DNA of 64,000 nucleotides from a virus. Lineage: Duplodnaviria > Caudoviricetes. A program made the position numbers and the translations under genes. Below the pieces are notes generated by a model. The model saw only the letters and a list, made by a program, of their open reading frames with translations, was not told where the DNA came from and ran no database searches. This document shows positions 9,369 through 18,387 of this stretch, in pieces. Position 1 is the stretch's first letter. Every line of letters begins with the position of its first letter. The DNA lies in the IMG/VR virus record IMGVR_UViG_2889049205_000001, positions 128,001-192,000 of that record. One strand, written 5' to 3'.

Positions 9369-10187
9369 ATGAGTGACATTGAAGAATCGATCTCTGAGCG
9401 TCAACATATGCGCTTTATCGGGGTCACAAAGGACGCCACCACTGCCGGGCCAGGGAAACGGCTAGAGCTATTTCTCAAGGGTTGCATCCGTGGGATTGTT
9501 AATCCTTGCGAAGGTTGCTTTAACCCATCGACATGGGAGTTTGGCGGCGATCGCAAGCGCATGCACATCAATGAAGTTGTCGAGATGATCGATCGTGATG
9601 CCTGGAATCGTCAGGTGACGTTCTGCGGCGGTGAGCCATTGCTGCAAACACGCAATCTGATTGAAGTTTGCAGGGAACTCAAGCGCCGTGATCCTCGGAT
9701 ACATATCGTCGTATACACCGCATATCTGTTGGAGAATCTGCTCTCCCAAGGAGTCTTTTATCGACTGCGTGGAGGCGACGAACCTGCTGTTCAAGAGACG
9801 TTATTATCCTACAGCGCCCATTGGAATCCGGAGCTTACGCATTTTCAAATTGCGACTGCGGATCAGATCCGAGAGCTCATGGGAACCATTGATATTTTGG
9901 TTGATGGCGACTACCAATCGAAGCACCGGATTCCAACCGAGAAATACATGAACGAAGGCATGTTCATTGGGTCGAGCAACCAACGGGTGATCGACACTCA
10001 GGAAACGCTTCGCTGGGCGCCGCAATTCGTGTTCGACTATGCGGATGTTTGGATGGAGAAGCACCTTATCAAGAAGCATTGTAAATGCTGCGGCCATCCT
10101 ATCAACAATCGTCAGTTCACGTACTGCGACAGTCGTTGCCGCAAGGCATTTCATAAACGCCAGAAAGACATTGCGGTTTTCCGATAA
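9369..10187 (+). CDS. NrdG-like radical SAM (4Fe-4S) protein
   Basis: GPGKRLELFLKGC..., CX7CX2C, VTFCGGEPLLQ, IDILVDG, GSSNQRVID; C-terminal Cys cluster. Confidence 0.85.
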   Translation: MSDIEESISERQHMRFIGVTKDATTAGPGKRLELFLKGCIRGIVNPCEGCFNPSTWEFGGDRKRMHINEVVEMIDRDAWNRQVTFCGGEPLLQTRNLIEVCRELKRRDPRIHIVVYTAYLLENLLSQGVFYRLRGGDEPAVQETLLSYSAHWNPELTHFQIATADQIRELMGTIDILVDGDYQSKHRIPTEKYMNEGMFIGSSNQRVIDTQETLRWAPQFVFDYADVWMEKHLIKKHCKCCGHPINNRQFTYCDSRCRKAFHKRQKDIAVFR

Positions 10188-11312
10188 ATGATGGCTGATA
10201 TCGATGTCTCTCGATTGTTTCAGTCCTTGGAAGAGGAGCTTGATTCGCTCGTGTCAGTAGATAGGCCTACTACTATTCAAATTCCGCCGGTTTCCCAACA
10301 AAAACGTAATGACCCCATGATAAGGTTCGGAGGCGTCTTAAAGGCGCTGCGCCAAAAGCTCTTTCGGGCCAACATGGAATTTCACTCGGAGGTGTATCAA
10401 CCCATGCCAGTAATGAATCCAAAGACCGGCGAGATGGATCATGTTGATCTGTCGATCGTCAATAAAATCATCGTCGAGCCCGAATATCTGCATGATTTCG
10501 ACATGAACGAGAAGAAGAAGATCGATTTCTCGATCATCGGCGATGAAGAAGCGAATATCGTTACGTTCCAAGCTATGTTCCCGCTTGAGACAAGAAGCAC
10601 TCGGGCGTTCAAGAGCGAGCAATTTGAAACGATCATGTCTCGTGTCGTACATAGCGACACGCAGCTCCGGTTGGAACAAACGGAGGAGTTCAAGAACGCC
10701 ACGGATTCGATGATCGAGAACTATATTTCGAATCAGCGTGGTGACGGAAAGCTGTTTTCTCGCATTGACGAGATCGTGTCGCTGGATAACGGAATTGGTA
10801 TTATTCATGACCTGAAAGCTAACCAGGACGTCGGCACATTCGAGACACTTGTTTTCTGCGTCAAAAAGAATACAAATGAAACGCATTTCGATATCCTCGA
10901 TATCCTATCTGGCGTCCGATCCATGAAGGATCTGCTCGATGATCCAACTCGCTATCGGTTCAGCTATTATGCATTGGACACGCAGACGATTTACGAATTC
11001 ATTGTCTTGGAATCCGGCAGAGGCGTGCTCGCCTTGGATGAAACACTGGAAGGTCATAGCGACCAATCCATTCGAATGAATCATGTTCAAATGGAAATCC
11101 GCAGCCTGGAAACAGAGAAGGACAAAGTCCTTCTGATCGAGAAGGCCAATGAAACCAAGAATACGCTTCGTGGCGTGGCCAGCGATGACTTTTTGCATTC
11201 GCAGTACGTGGAACAGTTTAATTCTGCTCGGTTCGACATCCTTAAAGTCAGCGAACAAAAGGCCAAGAAGGCGCAAATGATGAATAAATATGCCGATCTG
11301 GAGCTGTTCTAG
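10188..11312 (+). CDS. hypothetical protein
   Basis: 374-aa ORF abutting the radical SAM gene. Confidence 0.8.
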   Translation: MMADIDVSRLFQSLEEELDSLVSVDRPTTIQIPPVSQQKRNDPMIRFGGVLKALRQKLFRANMEFHSEVYQPMPVMNPKTGEMDHVDLSIVNKIIVEPEYLHDFDMNEKKKIDFSIIGDEEANIVTFQAMFPLETRSTRAFKSEQFETIMSRVVHSDTQLRLEQTEEFKNATDSMIENYISNQRGDGKLFSRIDEIVSLDNGIGIIHDLKANQDVGTFETLVFCVKKNTNETHFDILDILSGVRSMKDLLDDPTRYRFSYYALDTQTIYEFIVLESGRGVLALDETLEGHSDQSIRMNHVQMEIRSLETEKDKVLLIEKANETKNTLRGVASDDFLHSQYVEQFNSARFDILKVSEQKAKKAQMMNKYADLELF

Positions 11313-11377
11313 GTCGCTGTCGCTCTCATTCCTTGAAATAATCTCCAAACCAAAATCGCTTAGGAGGAACACCATAC

Positions 11378-13033
11378 ATGACTACCGCCGCCGCTTCAAT
11401 GCTTGTATCCGGGATGGAAGAGATCCAAATCCTTCTCAATTCCCGCCGCCGTTTGATCCTTGTTCAAACCTACGAGGAGGAAAGATTCACTGAGGACATG
11501 AAGTCCTTGATCGAGGCCCGCAGCTACAAGGGCTTATCCTGGACCGCCAGCTCTGGATTGCGTGACGTTATTACCCGTGAGCCGGCTAAGGAGCAGATGA
11601 CTGATCCAATCAAAATGCTACAGCACATCATGGATACTAAAGATCAAACCGTATTTATTCTGAAGGACTTCCATGATATCTGGGACAACAAGATGGCCAA
11701 GCGTAAGCTGCGTGACGTCATTGAATGGCCAGACAACATGTATAAGCCGATCATCATTGTTGCGCCGCAATGCCAGATCCCGACTGAGCTCGAGAAGCTG
11801 GTGACGTTGGTAAAATATGACCTCCCAGATCGCAGGCGGGTGACAGAGCACCTCGAAAGCCTGGAGGCCTATTTGCAATCGAAAGATCTGGCCTTACCAA
11901 CAGGCCGGGAACGGGAAGCGATTATCAACGCTTTGGTCGGCATGACGGATTCGGAAGTCACGAACGTCTTGAAGAAGTCCGTCGCTAAACACAAAGCGAT
12001 CGTACTGGCTGAAATCGTGGCCGAGAAGGAGCAGGTGATCCGGAAGACCGGACTGCTAGAGTACATCACCAAGCTGGGCGACATGGGTAATGTCGGCGGT
12101 ATGGATGTAGTGAAAAGCTGGCTGACCGATGCCTACTTCGCCTTTGATCCGGAGGCCCGCAACTTCGGCGTCGATCCGGTTCGTGGGGCGGTACTGGCAG
12201 GATGGCCAGGCGCCGGTAAGTCACTGTTCGCTAAAGCCACAGCATTCATGTGGAACCTTCCCCTACTCAAGATGAACATGAGTGACATCATGGATTCTCG
12301 TGTCGGTCAATCCGAAAAGAACATCGCCAGGGCGTTGAAGCTCGCAGAGGCGGTTAGCCCATGTGTGCTATGGATCGATGAGCTGGAGAAAGGTCTTGCT
12401 GGCATCGCATCTTCGGACAAGTCCGATTCCGGCACGTTGTCTCGTGTCGTTCAAGAGCTGCTGACGTGGCTCTCCGAGAAAGAAGCGCCGGTATTCGTTA
12501 TCGCCACGGCGAATGATGTGACGAAGCTTCCTCCGGAGCTCACTCGTGCCGGCCGATTCGATGAGGTATTCTTTGTTTCCTTGCCTCATGACAAAGAGCG
12601 GGAGCAGATCCTTTCGATCCACCTGCAGAAGCGTGGCTACCAGATTGTTGACACGGTTCCGGAAATCGGATCCGGCAAGTTCTCGGTTGTAGAAATTGCT
12701 GAACTGGCCAGTCGGATGAAAGACTTTTCCGGTGCAGAAATCGAGCAAGTGGTTGCCGAGTCTGGCCGCCGTGCGTATGCCTCGTTCAAGAAGAACGAGC
12801 GAACAGTACACCACATTCAACCGGAGGATTTGGTATTCCAGATCGAAACGATCGTTCCGCTGGCTAAGCGTAATCCACAGCTGCTGGCAGATCTGCGGAA
12901 CTGGGCAAAACATTCTGCGAAGTGTGCGTCTTCCGAGGAGCACAACTTCTTGCACAAGGACTATAAAGCAGAGGGGAAATCGAAGCTTCGTGTCATTGGC
13001 GGCGGCTTCGAAGACCTTGATCTTGAAAACTAA
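11378..13033 (+). CDS. Ycf46-like AAA+ ATPase
   Basis: degenerate N-terminal AAA (FILKDFH); GWPGAGKS, LWIDELEK, IATAN, PPELTRAGRFDE. Confidence 0.9.
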   Translation: MTTAAASMLVSGMEEIQILLNSRRRLILVQTYEEERFTEDMKSLIEARSYKGLSWTASSGLRDVITREPAKEQMTDPIKMLQHIMDTKDQTVFILKDFHDIWDNKMAKRKLRDVIEWPDNMYKPIIIVAPQCQIPTELEKLVTLVKYDLPDRRRVTEHLESLEAYLQSKDLALPTGREREAIINALVGMTDSEVTNVLKKSVAKHKAIVLAEIVAEKEQVIRKTGLLEYITKLGDMGNVGGMDVVKSWLTDAYFAFDPEARNFGVDPVRGAVLAGWPGAGKSLFAKATAFMWNLPLLKMNMSDIMDSRVGQSEKNIARALKLAEAVSPCVLWIDELEKGLAGIASSDKSDSGTLSRVVQELLTWLSEKEAPVFVIATANDVTKLPPELTRAGRFDEVFFVSLPHDKEREQILSIHLQKRGYQIVDTVPEIGSGKFSVVEIAELASRMKDFSGAEIEQVVAESGRRAYASFKKNERTVHHIQPEDLVFQIETIVPLAKRNPQLLADLRNWAKHSAKCASSEEHNFLHKDYKAEGKSKLRVIGGGFEDLDLEN

Positions 13034-13052
13034 TTGCAAGGAGGGGGTGATT

Positions 13053-13433
13053 TTGCTCTATAACCCAACGATGGAAAAAATCAAGGCCATCGATTTTGTG
13101 AATCAGTCCATGGCCTTTGAGCGTGATTTCGATAAAACGGATAAGGTTCGGCGGGCGATACAAATTGCCCTGGATGAGATTCTTGAATTTGAAAATTCTT
13201 ATCGCAATTTTTCGCAGCAGAATCAGCACCTGCAAGTGTTTCAGCACTTACTGAAGCCCATTCTGGATGAGCGTATGGGTCAAATGATCAATCACGCTCG
13301 GCACATGATGGAGAAGACGTACACGACCGATGAGCTCCAGGAGCTTCCGGAGCACGTCTATCAGGATGTGATCGCCGTTCAGAAGCAGCGGGTTGAAGTG
13401 CTTAAAAAGATTGCGAAAAGCTATTTTTCATAA
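13053..13433 (+). CDS. hypothetical protein
   Basis: GGAGGGGGTG RBS, TTG start; helical. Confidence 0.7.
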   Translation: MLYNPTMEKIKAIDFVNQSMAFERDFDKTDKVRRAIQIALDEILEFENSYRNFSQQNQHLQVFQHLLKPILDERMGQMINHARHMMEKTYTTDELQELPEHVYQDVIAVQKQRVEVLKKIAKSYFS

Positions 13434-13437
13434 CAGC

Positions 13438-13581
13438 AACGTGGTGGCGCAAGAGAACGCAACGCTTATGAGCAGGACGGCAATGGGGTGCCTGTCGCTA
13501 AAGGCCGGGCAGTCCGGTAGAAATCCGGGTACGACTTTTTGAGAGTCGGCATGCATGGGAGAGTGGCCCATGCCCACGTTA
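13438..13581 (+). ncRNA. candidate structured RNA with tRNA-like acceptor, D-like and T-like elements
   Basis: AACGTGG/CCACGTT closing stem, GTGGCGCAAGAGAACGC D-like arm, CCGG-TAGAAAT-CCGG, several further hairpins. Confidence 0.55.
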
Positions 13582-13628
13582 CGATCGGTAGTAAAAATAA
13601 AACATACAGAAGGGTAAAGGTGATTTGA

Positions 13629-14012
13629 ATGTCTCATTTCAAAGCATTCGCATGTAAGGTTGATTCCGTGGAGTTCGTCAAGAAAGCTCTGCAAGAAATG
13701 AATCTCGGCTACAAGGAGAACTGCCAGATCGAGGACTGGGCGCATCAAAAACGCAACGTCGTTCTCGGCGTCGTAAAAGATGGCAAGCTGGTACCGCTCG
13801 GCTTTGCTCAAGAAGAAGGCGAGCTGAAACTGTACGCCGATTGGTTCATGACCGGCTTCTCCGAGAAGCAATTCACGGAAAAAGTGGCGCAGCTGCATGA
13901 CAAGCACAAAGCGATCGACGTTTGCGAACAAAACGGATGGAGCGTGGATATGGATTCCCTGACCACGAATGAAGCCGGCGAGATCGAGTTCCTGGCTACG
14001 AGCTGGGCGTAA
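13629..14012 (+). CDS. DUF1257 (Ycf35-like) protein
   Basis: MSHF...KKALQEM, LGF......LYADW, downstream of Ycf46-like AAA. Confidence 0.8.
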   Translation: MSHFKAFACKVDSVEFVKKALQEMNLGYKENCQIEDWAHQKRNVVLGVVKDGKLVPLGFAQEEGELKLYADWFMTGFSEKQFTEKVAQLHDKHKAIDVCEQNGWSVDMDSLTTNEAGEIEFLATSWA

Positions 14013-14302
14013 TGAGCGTTGTAACGCAATACGTTCTGCTCTCCATTTTTTTGGCTCTCCTGGTGGGATATTATCTCCACCAGGCTGACCCAGAGAAAAT
14101 GAAGCGGGCTCGAATGGGCGCAAACATTGCGGCCCTTGGTTTCATGATTAACATCATCTACACAGCATTCATGGGTTGGAATCAGACTGCTCAATCAACC
14201 TTGGAGTGGGCGCTTGATATTTTCACGTCCATTATCTTGTTTGGTGGCATTCTGATCATCATGTCTTGTTCTCGAAAAAAAAGTGTCAAGCGATCTTCTT
14301 AG
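14012..14302 (+). CDS. small three-TM membrane protein
   Basis: three hydrophobic segments; TAATG coupling. Confidence 0.7.
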   Translation: MSVVTQYVLLSIFLALLVGYYLHQADPEKMKRARMGANIAALGFMINIIYTAFMGWNQTAQSTLEWALDIFTSIILFGGILIIMSCSRKKSVKRSS

Positions 14303-14334
14303 GCCGCTGCATAAAATTGATGCGTCCTGTTAGG

Positions 14335-14470
14335 TGACGATGCCAGTGGTCGATCGGGAACCACGGCTGCACTTGAATCCCGTATATTGGGGGCTGCCGC
14401 TACTATGGTGTAGGTCCCCCAATATTTATACATACCGTGCCTGGTATGACCCAAATCCAACATTCCGTCA
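14335..14470 (+). ncRNA. candidate structured intergenic RNA / leader
   Basis: ATATTGGGGG/CCCCCAATAT 10-bp stem, GTGGT/ACCAC, CATACC/GGTATG, TGACG/CGTCA outer pairing. Confidence 0.4.
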
Positions 14471-14484
14471 GGAGGAATTTTACC

Positions 14485-14694
14485 ATGGAACAACAACAAG
14501 TGAAGTTTACGATCGGCAAAGCCGGCGGTATCAAATTCGAAGCAATGAACGTGCAAGGTCAAGCCTGCACTGTCGTCACTCGTGACATCGAGCTGCACCT
14601 TTCCCGCACCAATGCGGTCGTTTCTGAAGGCAAGAAGCCGGAGTTCTATGAGGACGGCCCGAACACTGAAGTGTTCAACAGCCTGAACGACTAA
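14485..14694 (+). CDS. DUF2997 protein
   Basis: VKFTIGKAGGIKFEAMNVQGQACTVVTRDIE...KPEFY; AGGAGG RBS. Confidence 0.8.
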   Translation: MEQQQVKFTIGKAGGIKFEAMNVQGQACTVVTRDIELHLSRTNAVVSEGKKPEFYEDGPNTEVFNSLND

Positions 14695-14703
14695 TTGCGT
14701 AAT

Positions 14704-14734
14704 GAGCGGCGGGCGAAATGCCCGCTTGCTTTTT
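14704..14734 (+). terminator. intrinsic terminator
   Basis: GCGGGC-GAAAT-GCCCGC stem followed by TTGCTTTTT. Confidence 0.7.
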
Positions 14735-14755
14735 CAAAGAATGGAGTGATTTGGC

Positions 14756-16342
14756 TTGACGACAACACGCAGCAATAAGCGTACCGGTGGAACAAAGCCC
14801 GCCGAACAAAATCCTGATCTCTTTGACCAGGCTCCGGCGAGTTTGGTCCTCGACGAGTTCCAGATGCTAAAACGCTTCATTACCAACATGGAAGATAACG
14901 TGTATTGCGTTACGAATCTTCCTGAAGAATTTATCGCCGTTCTTTTTGCATGGGTATCCCGCTCTCCAAAAAGCTTCAAGGAGCATGTGCTTCAGGCGAT
15001 TAAGGACGGATTTATTGATCCGGCCAAGATCCTGGAGAATCCATATGAGCAACTGAGCGATAAAGCGGCAGCCTTCCACGAAAAGTGGGTTGTAGGCTAT
15101 GGTCATAGCTCGGTTGCCGAGCATGCTAATGCCCACGTCGGCGTGGAGCGAGTGTCCCGCTTGGCCTCTGCCGAGCTGGAACTTTCCAACGAGCATTATG
15201 CCATTACGGAATACTCACAGCGTTACCAGAAGCCCGTGCGTGGCGCCTGGTTCAATCCGTTCGAGCGGTGGATTAATCACAGCGGACCGACTCGTGACAT
15301 GCACGAGAACCCCGCCTGGATCGCCTACGAGGGCTTCATGAATGAGTGCTTCGACGTATTCGAAGAGCTGATTGATGGCGTTTATAAGCATCTCACGGAA
15401 GGCAAGTTTTATCCGTCGGCCGACTCGGAGATCGCTCGTATCAATGCCACTGCCATGAAGCTGTCATTCGAGGATGCCCGCTATGCGCTGCCGCTGGCGA
15501 TGTTCACGCAACTGGGTATGACGGCAAACGGCCGGTCATGGCGGGATGGACTCAGCAACTTGTATGCGTCTGATTATGCTGAAGTGCATGACATGACCAA
15601 CAAGCTAAAACGTGAAATCACGAAGGTGCTGCCGACACTGCTGAAACATGCCGATCCGTCTGAATACCAGGCGAAAAGCAAAAAGCGCATGAAGGCTCGC
15701 TTCCCGGAAACGTTTGTCAAAGGCAAGGCGCTGCAACCGGTGGCGCTTTACGACTTCCCATTGGAAGGTCACGCACTTCGGGAAATTGTTACGCATGAAA
15801 TAGTACGAGCTCAAGGACTTACGATCAATGAGGCTCGTGCTCGTGCCGGCACATACTCCACGGAGGAGCTTAAAGAAATCGTTCTCGAGCTCATCTGGGA
15901 GATGGGTAAATATGACGCTCCGCCTGAGAGCTTCAAGCAGATTCACTACCAGTTCTCCATGCTCATTTCGGAGGCCAACTGGCATCAGCTGCTTCGCCAT
16001 AATCGCAAAACAGCCTTCACTTTTGCCCCACCAAATGTTCACAGCGGAATCACTATCCCGCCGAGGATCAAAGAGGCCGGACTCGAACACAAACTTGTCG
16101 AGCTCGCAGCAAAAGCCGAAGAGTTTTTCGGAACACTTAGCCCAGGCATTAGAGAATACGTCGTCCTGAATGCGCATCGGCGCCAGATTCTGGCCGACTG
16201 CAACCTCTGGGAGATGTACCATCTGATCAACCTGCGTACGAGTGAAGAGGCGCAGTGGGATATCCGGCAGGCATTCAATGATCTGTACGAACAGCTCAAG
16301 TTTGCCCATCCAACCCTGATTTCGGCAGCCAAGCGGAGGTAG
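14756..16342 (+). CDS. thyX: FAD-dependent thymidylate synthase ThyX (tandem-domain long form)
   Basis: GYGHSSVAEH, TEYSQRY, DARYALP, HQLLRH, LRTSEEAQWDIR. Confidence 0.88.
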   Translation: MTTTRSNKRTGGTKPAEQNPDLFDQAPASLVLDEFQMLKRFITNMEDNVYCVTNLPEEFIAVLFAWVSRSPKSFKEHVLQAIKDGFIDPAKILENPYEQLSDKAAAFHEKWVVGYGHSSVAEHANAHVGVERVSRLASAELELSNEHYAITEYSQRYQKPVRGAWFNPFERWINHSGPTRDMHENPAWIAYEGFMNECFDVFEELIDGVYKHLTEGKFYPSADSEIARINATAMKLSFEDARYALPLAMFTQLGMTANGRSWRDGLSNLYASDYAEVHDMTNKLKREITKVLPTLLKHADPSEYQAKSKKRMKARFPETFVKGKALQPVALYDFPLEGHALREIVTHEIVRAQGLTINEARARAGTYSTEELKEIVLELIWEMGKYDAPPESFKQIHYQFSMLISEANWHQLLRHNRKTAFTFAPPNVHSGITIPPRIKEAGLEHKLVELAAKAEEFFGTLSPGIREYVVLNAHRRQILADCNLWEMYHLINLRTSEEAQWDIRQAFNDLYEQLKFAHPTLISAAKRR

Positions 16343-16344
16343 CC

Positions 16345-16602
16345 ATGACGACATCTGAAGTACGATTTTGCTTCCGAATCAAAGCGGAAGCTGAGATGGC
16401 GCACGACCTCGACACAGGGGAGCTGGTGCCGCTGTATTCGCAGCTGAAAATGGATCTGCCCGAGGTGCCTCCTGCAGACCGCTATACGGAGATGCACCAG
16501 AACTTCGCAGAAAAAGTGGCCGGTATCGCTAAGAAGCCGGTGGAAATGTTTGAGCTGATTACGCCCGAAGAATACGACCGTAACGTGGGCTGGGAATCAT
16601 GA
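16345..16602 (+). CDS. hypothetical protein
   Basis: GGAGGT RBS. Confidence 0.7.
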   Translation: MTTSEVRFCFRIKAEAEMAHDLDTGELVPLYSQLKMDLPEVPPADRYTEMHQNFAEKVAGIAKKPVEMFELITPEEYDRNVGWES

Positions 16603-16608
16603 GGGGAG

Positions 16609-16803
16609 GTGATTGTCATGAACGCAGCTAAGGCGCAAGCGGTTTTTGATGCGACCGTTGAGAAGTACGTAAACTCCGAGAAAAATTATATCCGCATGCA
16701 AGCGGGTATCAATGTCATTCAGGAGAATGCGATCGTGGACCAGAATGCGGCAGCTCTTAAAGCACAATTTAAGGCAGCCGCAGATGAGCCGGATCCGACT
16801 TAA
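16609..16803 (+). CDS. hypothetical protein
   Basis: GGGGAGGTG RBS. Confidence 0.6.
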   Translation: MIVMNAAKAQAVFDATVEKYVNSEKNYIRMQAGINVIQENAIVDQNAAALKAQFKAAADEPDPT

Positions 16804-16810
16804 CCAGCAT

Positions 16811-16993
16811 GGAAGGAAGGGGCAGATTGTTTGTTCCTTCCGTCTTGCATATCAATATGGAGCGCCCTGACCTTTGTAGAGGGTTCGATGAGAGCACAGC
16901 TTCGGTGGCCGGTGGGAAGCGCCCTGGATTGGATCAGGGAAAGTCGGAAGCCGTTAAATGCGTGAGGACACCCTGATATGCAAGACGGAGGTG
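16811..16993 (+). ncRNA. candidate cis-regulatory or structured RNA sequestering the downstream RBS
   Basis: perfect 16-bp stem 16839-16854 / 16974-16989 overlapping GGAGGTG; competing hairpin 16811-16841. Confidence 0.55.
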
Positions 16994-17001
16994 AATAAGC
17001 G

Positions 17002-17268
17002 ATGTATCTCGATCGCACTGAACAGCACCGCCGGGATCTCAAGCACCTTATTTACGAGGATCCCTCCAAGCTCCGAACCATGCTTCAGGATATTACTGAT
17101 AAAATCAACATGTTATCTGACAAGTTGGAAGTGGTCACAGATCTATATGGGGATGCCTTGGCTTTTCAGCGGCGCCTTACCAATGAAGAGCGAAGAAAAG
17201 AAGCAAACATGGATTTAGTTGAAAAATATTTGAGAGGCGGGATGCGGCATGGCCGAGTACAAACATAG
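17002..17268 (+). CDS. hypothetical protein
   Basis: GGAGGTG RBS; coiled coil. Confidence 0.7.
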   Translation: MYLDRTEQHRRDLKHLIYEDPSKLRTMLQDITDKINMLSDKLEVVTDLYGDALAFQRRLTNEERRKEANMDLVEKYLRGGMRHGRVQT

Positions 17269-17890
17269 CAAATCAGTATCGGAAACGTATCACATTACAT
17301 GGCCAGGGGAATTTACCTGGGCAAATATCATGATCAATGAAATGGGCGACCTGAACATCCAATCCGACTACGGCAATTATACATACGGATGGCGCTCCTT
17401 CGGCGACAACTTCAAGAAGTTCCTGATCCGGATCTGCGGCAAGTCCGGCGATCACCCAAAAGGCTATTTGTACGACAAGCTGCATGATCATAGTAAGGCA
17501 GCCACAGTCGATGTGAAGAAATCGCTGACCGTTTGGAAAAAGGAAATCATCCGTATGCGCCGTGAAACGGGCCTCCGGTATAAGCGGTATGATTGGGTGA
17601 AACTTTCTAGCGGCGAGATCTCGCAGGAACAAGCCAAAGATGTCTGGGATTCGATATGCATTATTGAGCGTGAACTTGGAAGCACTTGTTCTCAAGATCG
17701 CTTTTACATGTCGCTGGATCGTGAATCTATCAACGATGTATTCGATTGGGAATGGCGTATTCACGGTGACGGCAGTCCGGAGACGACTGGTGACGTCGCC
17801 TGCGAGGCGTTTTGCAGGGAGATTGCACCAGTGTTTGCCAAGATCCTGCAAGATGAGCTCGATCAAGAAGCCATGAAGGAGAGTGCGTAA
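17249..17890 (+). CDS. hypothetical phage protein
   Basis: 213-aa ORF, G.L.I.SDYGNY..GW pattern. Confidence 0.75.
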   Translation: MAEYKHSKSVSETYHITWPGEFTWANIMINEMGDLNIQSDYGNYTYGWRSFGDNFKKFLIRICGKSGDHPKGYLYDKLHDHSKAATVDVKKSLTVWKKEIIRMRRETGLRYKRYDWVKLSSGEISQEQAKDVWDSICIIERELGSTCSQDRFYMSLDRESINDVFDWEWRIHGDGSPETTGDVACEAFCREIAPVFAKILQDELDQEAMKESA

Positions 17891-18372
17891 TGCGCTATTT
17901 CAGAAGCAAAGTATGTCAACTCGAAACGTCCGAACAGTTCCAGAAGCTGCTGGATCAGTTCTTGGATTTATTCTATCCATTCATCCAAAAGACCGGCGGA
18001 GACGAGCACGACTTTAACCGTTGCTCCAATAACATTAGGTACCGAATCATTAAGATGCGTGAATCAGAGCAAAAGCTCGCTGAAGATTCTGAATCGACAG
18101 ATCTTCGGAGAGATGTAAATTCTAGCGCTCGCCAACTCCGCATGTATTTTCAAGAGTTCCACAATCTCAGTTTTTCGGAATCCAATCAGCTCACGATTGA
18201 GGCTCGTCTTATTGAGTATGAGAACGAAATTGAGGAGCTGGAGAAGCACGGCAATGCACGGCCGGTGATGCGTGAACAGCTCGCAGCTCGCCGTGATTAT
18301 TACTTGGAGCATTATCCAACCCTCGCCTCCAAATTGGCTCAATTCCCGATCCTGTCGGATTCATTCAACTAG
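17890..18372 (+). CDS. hypothetical protein
   Basis: TAATG coupling. Confidence 0.7.
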   Translation: MRYFRSKVCQLETSEQFQKLLDQFLDLFYPFIQKTGGDEHDFNRCSNNIRYRIIKMRESEQKLAEDSESTDLRRDVNSSARQLRMYFQEFHNLSFSESNQLTIEARLIEYENEIEELEKHGNARPVMREQLAARRDYYLEHYPTLASKLAQFPILSDSFN

Positions 18373-18387
18373 AAGGAGGAGATAGTC

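Noticed and set aside
16855-16975. Hammerhead, pistol or twister ribozyme
   Set aside because: Only fragments (GATGAG, GTTAAAT) match; the required cores and pseudoknots could not be assembled by eye.
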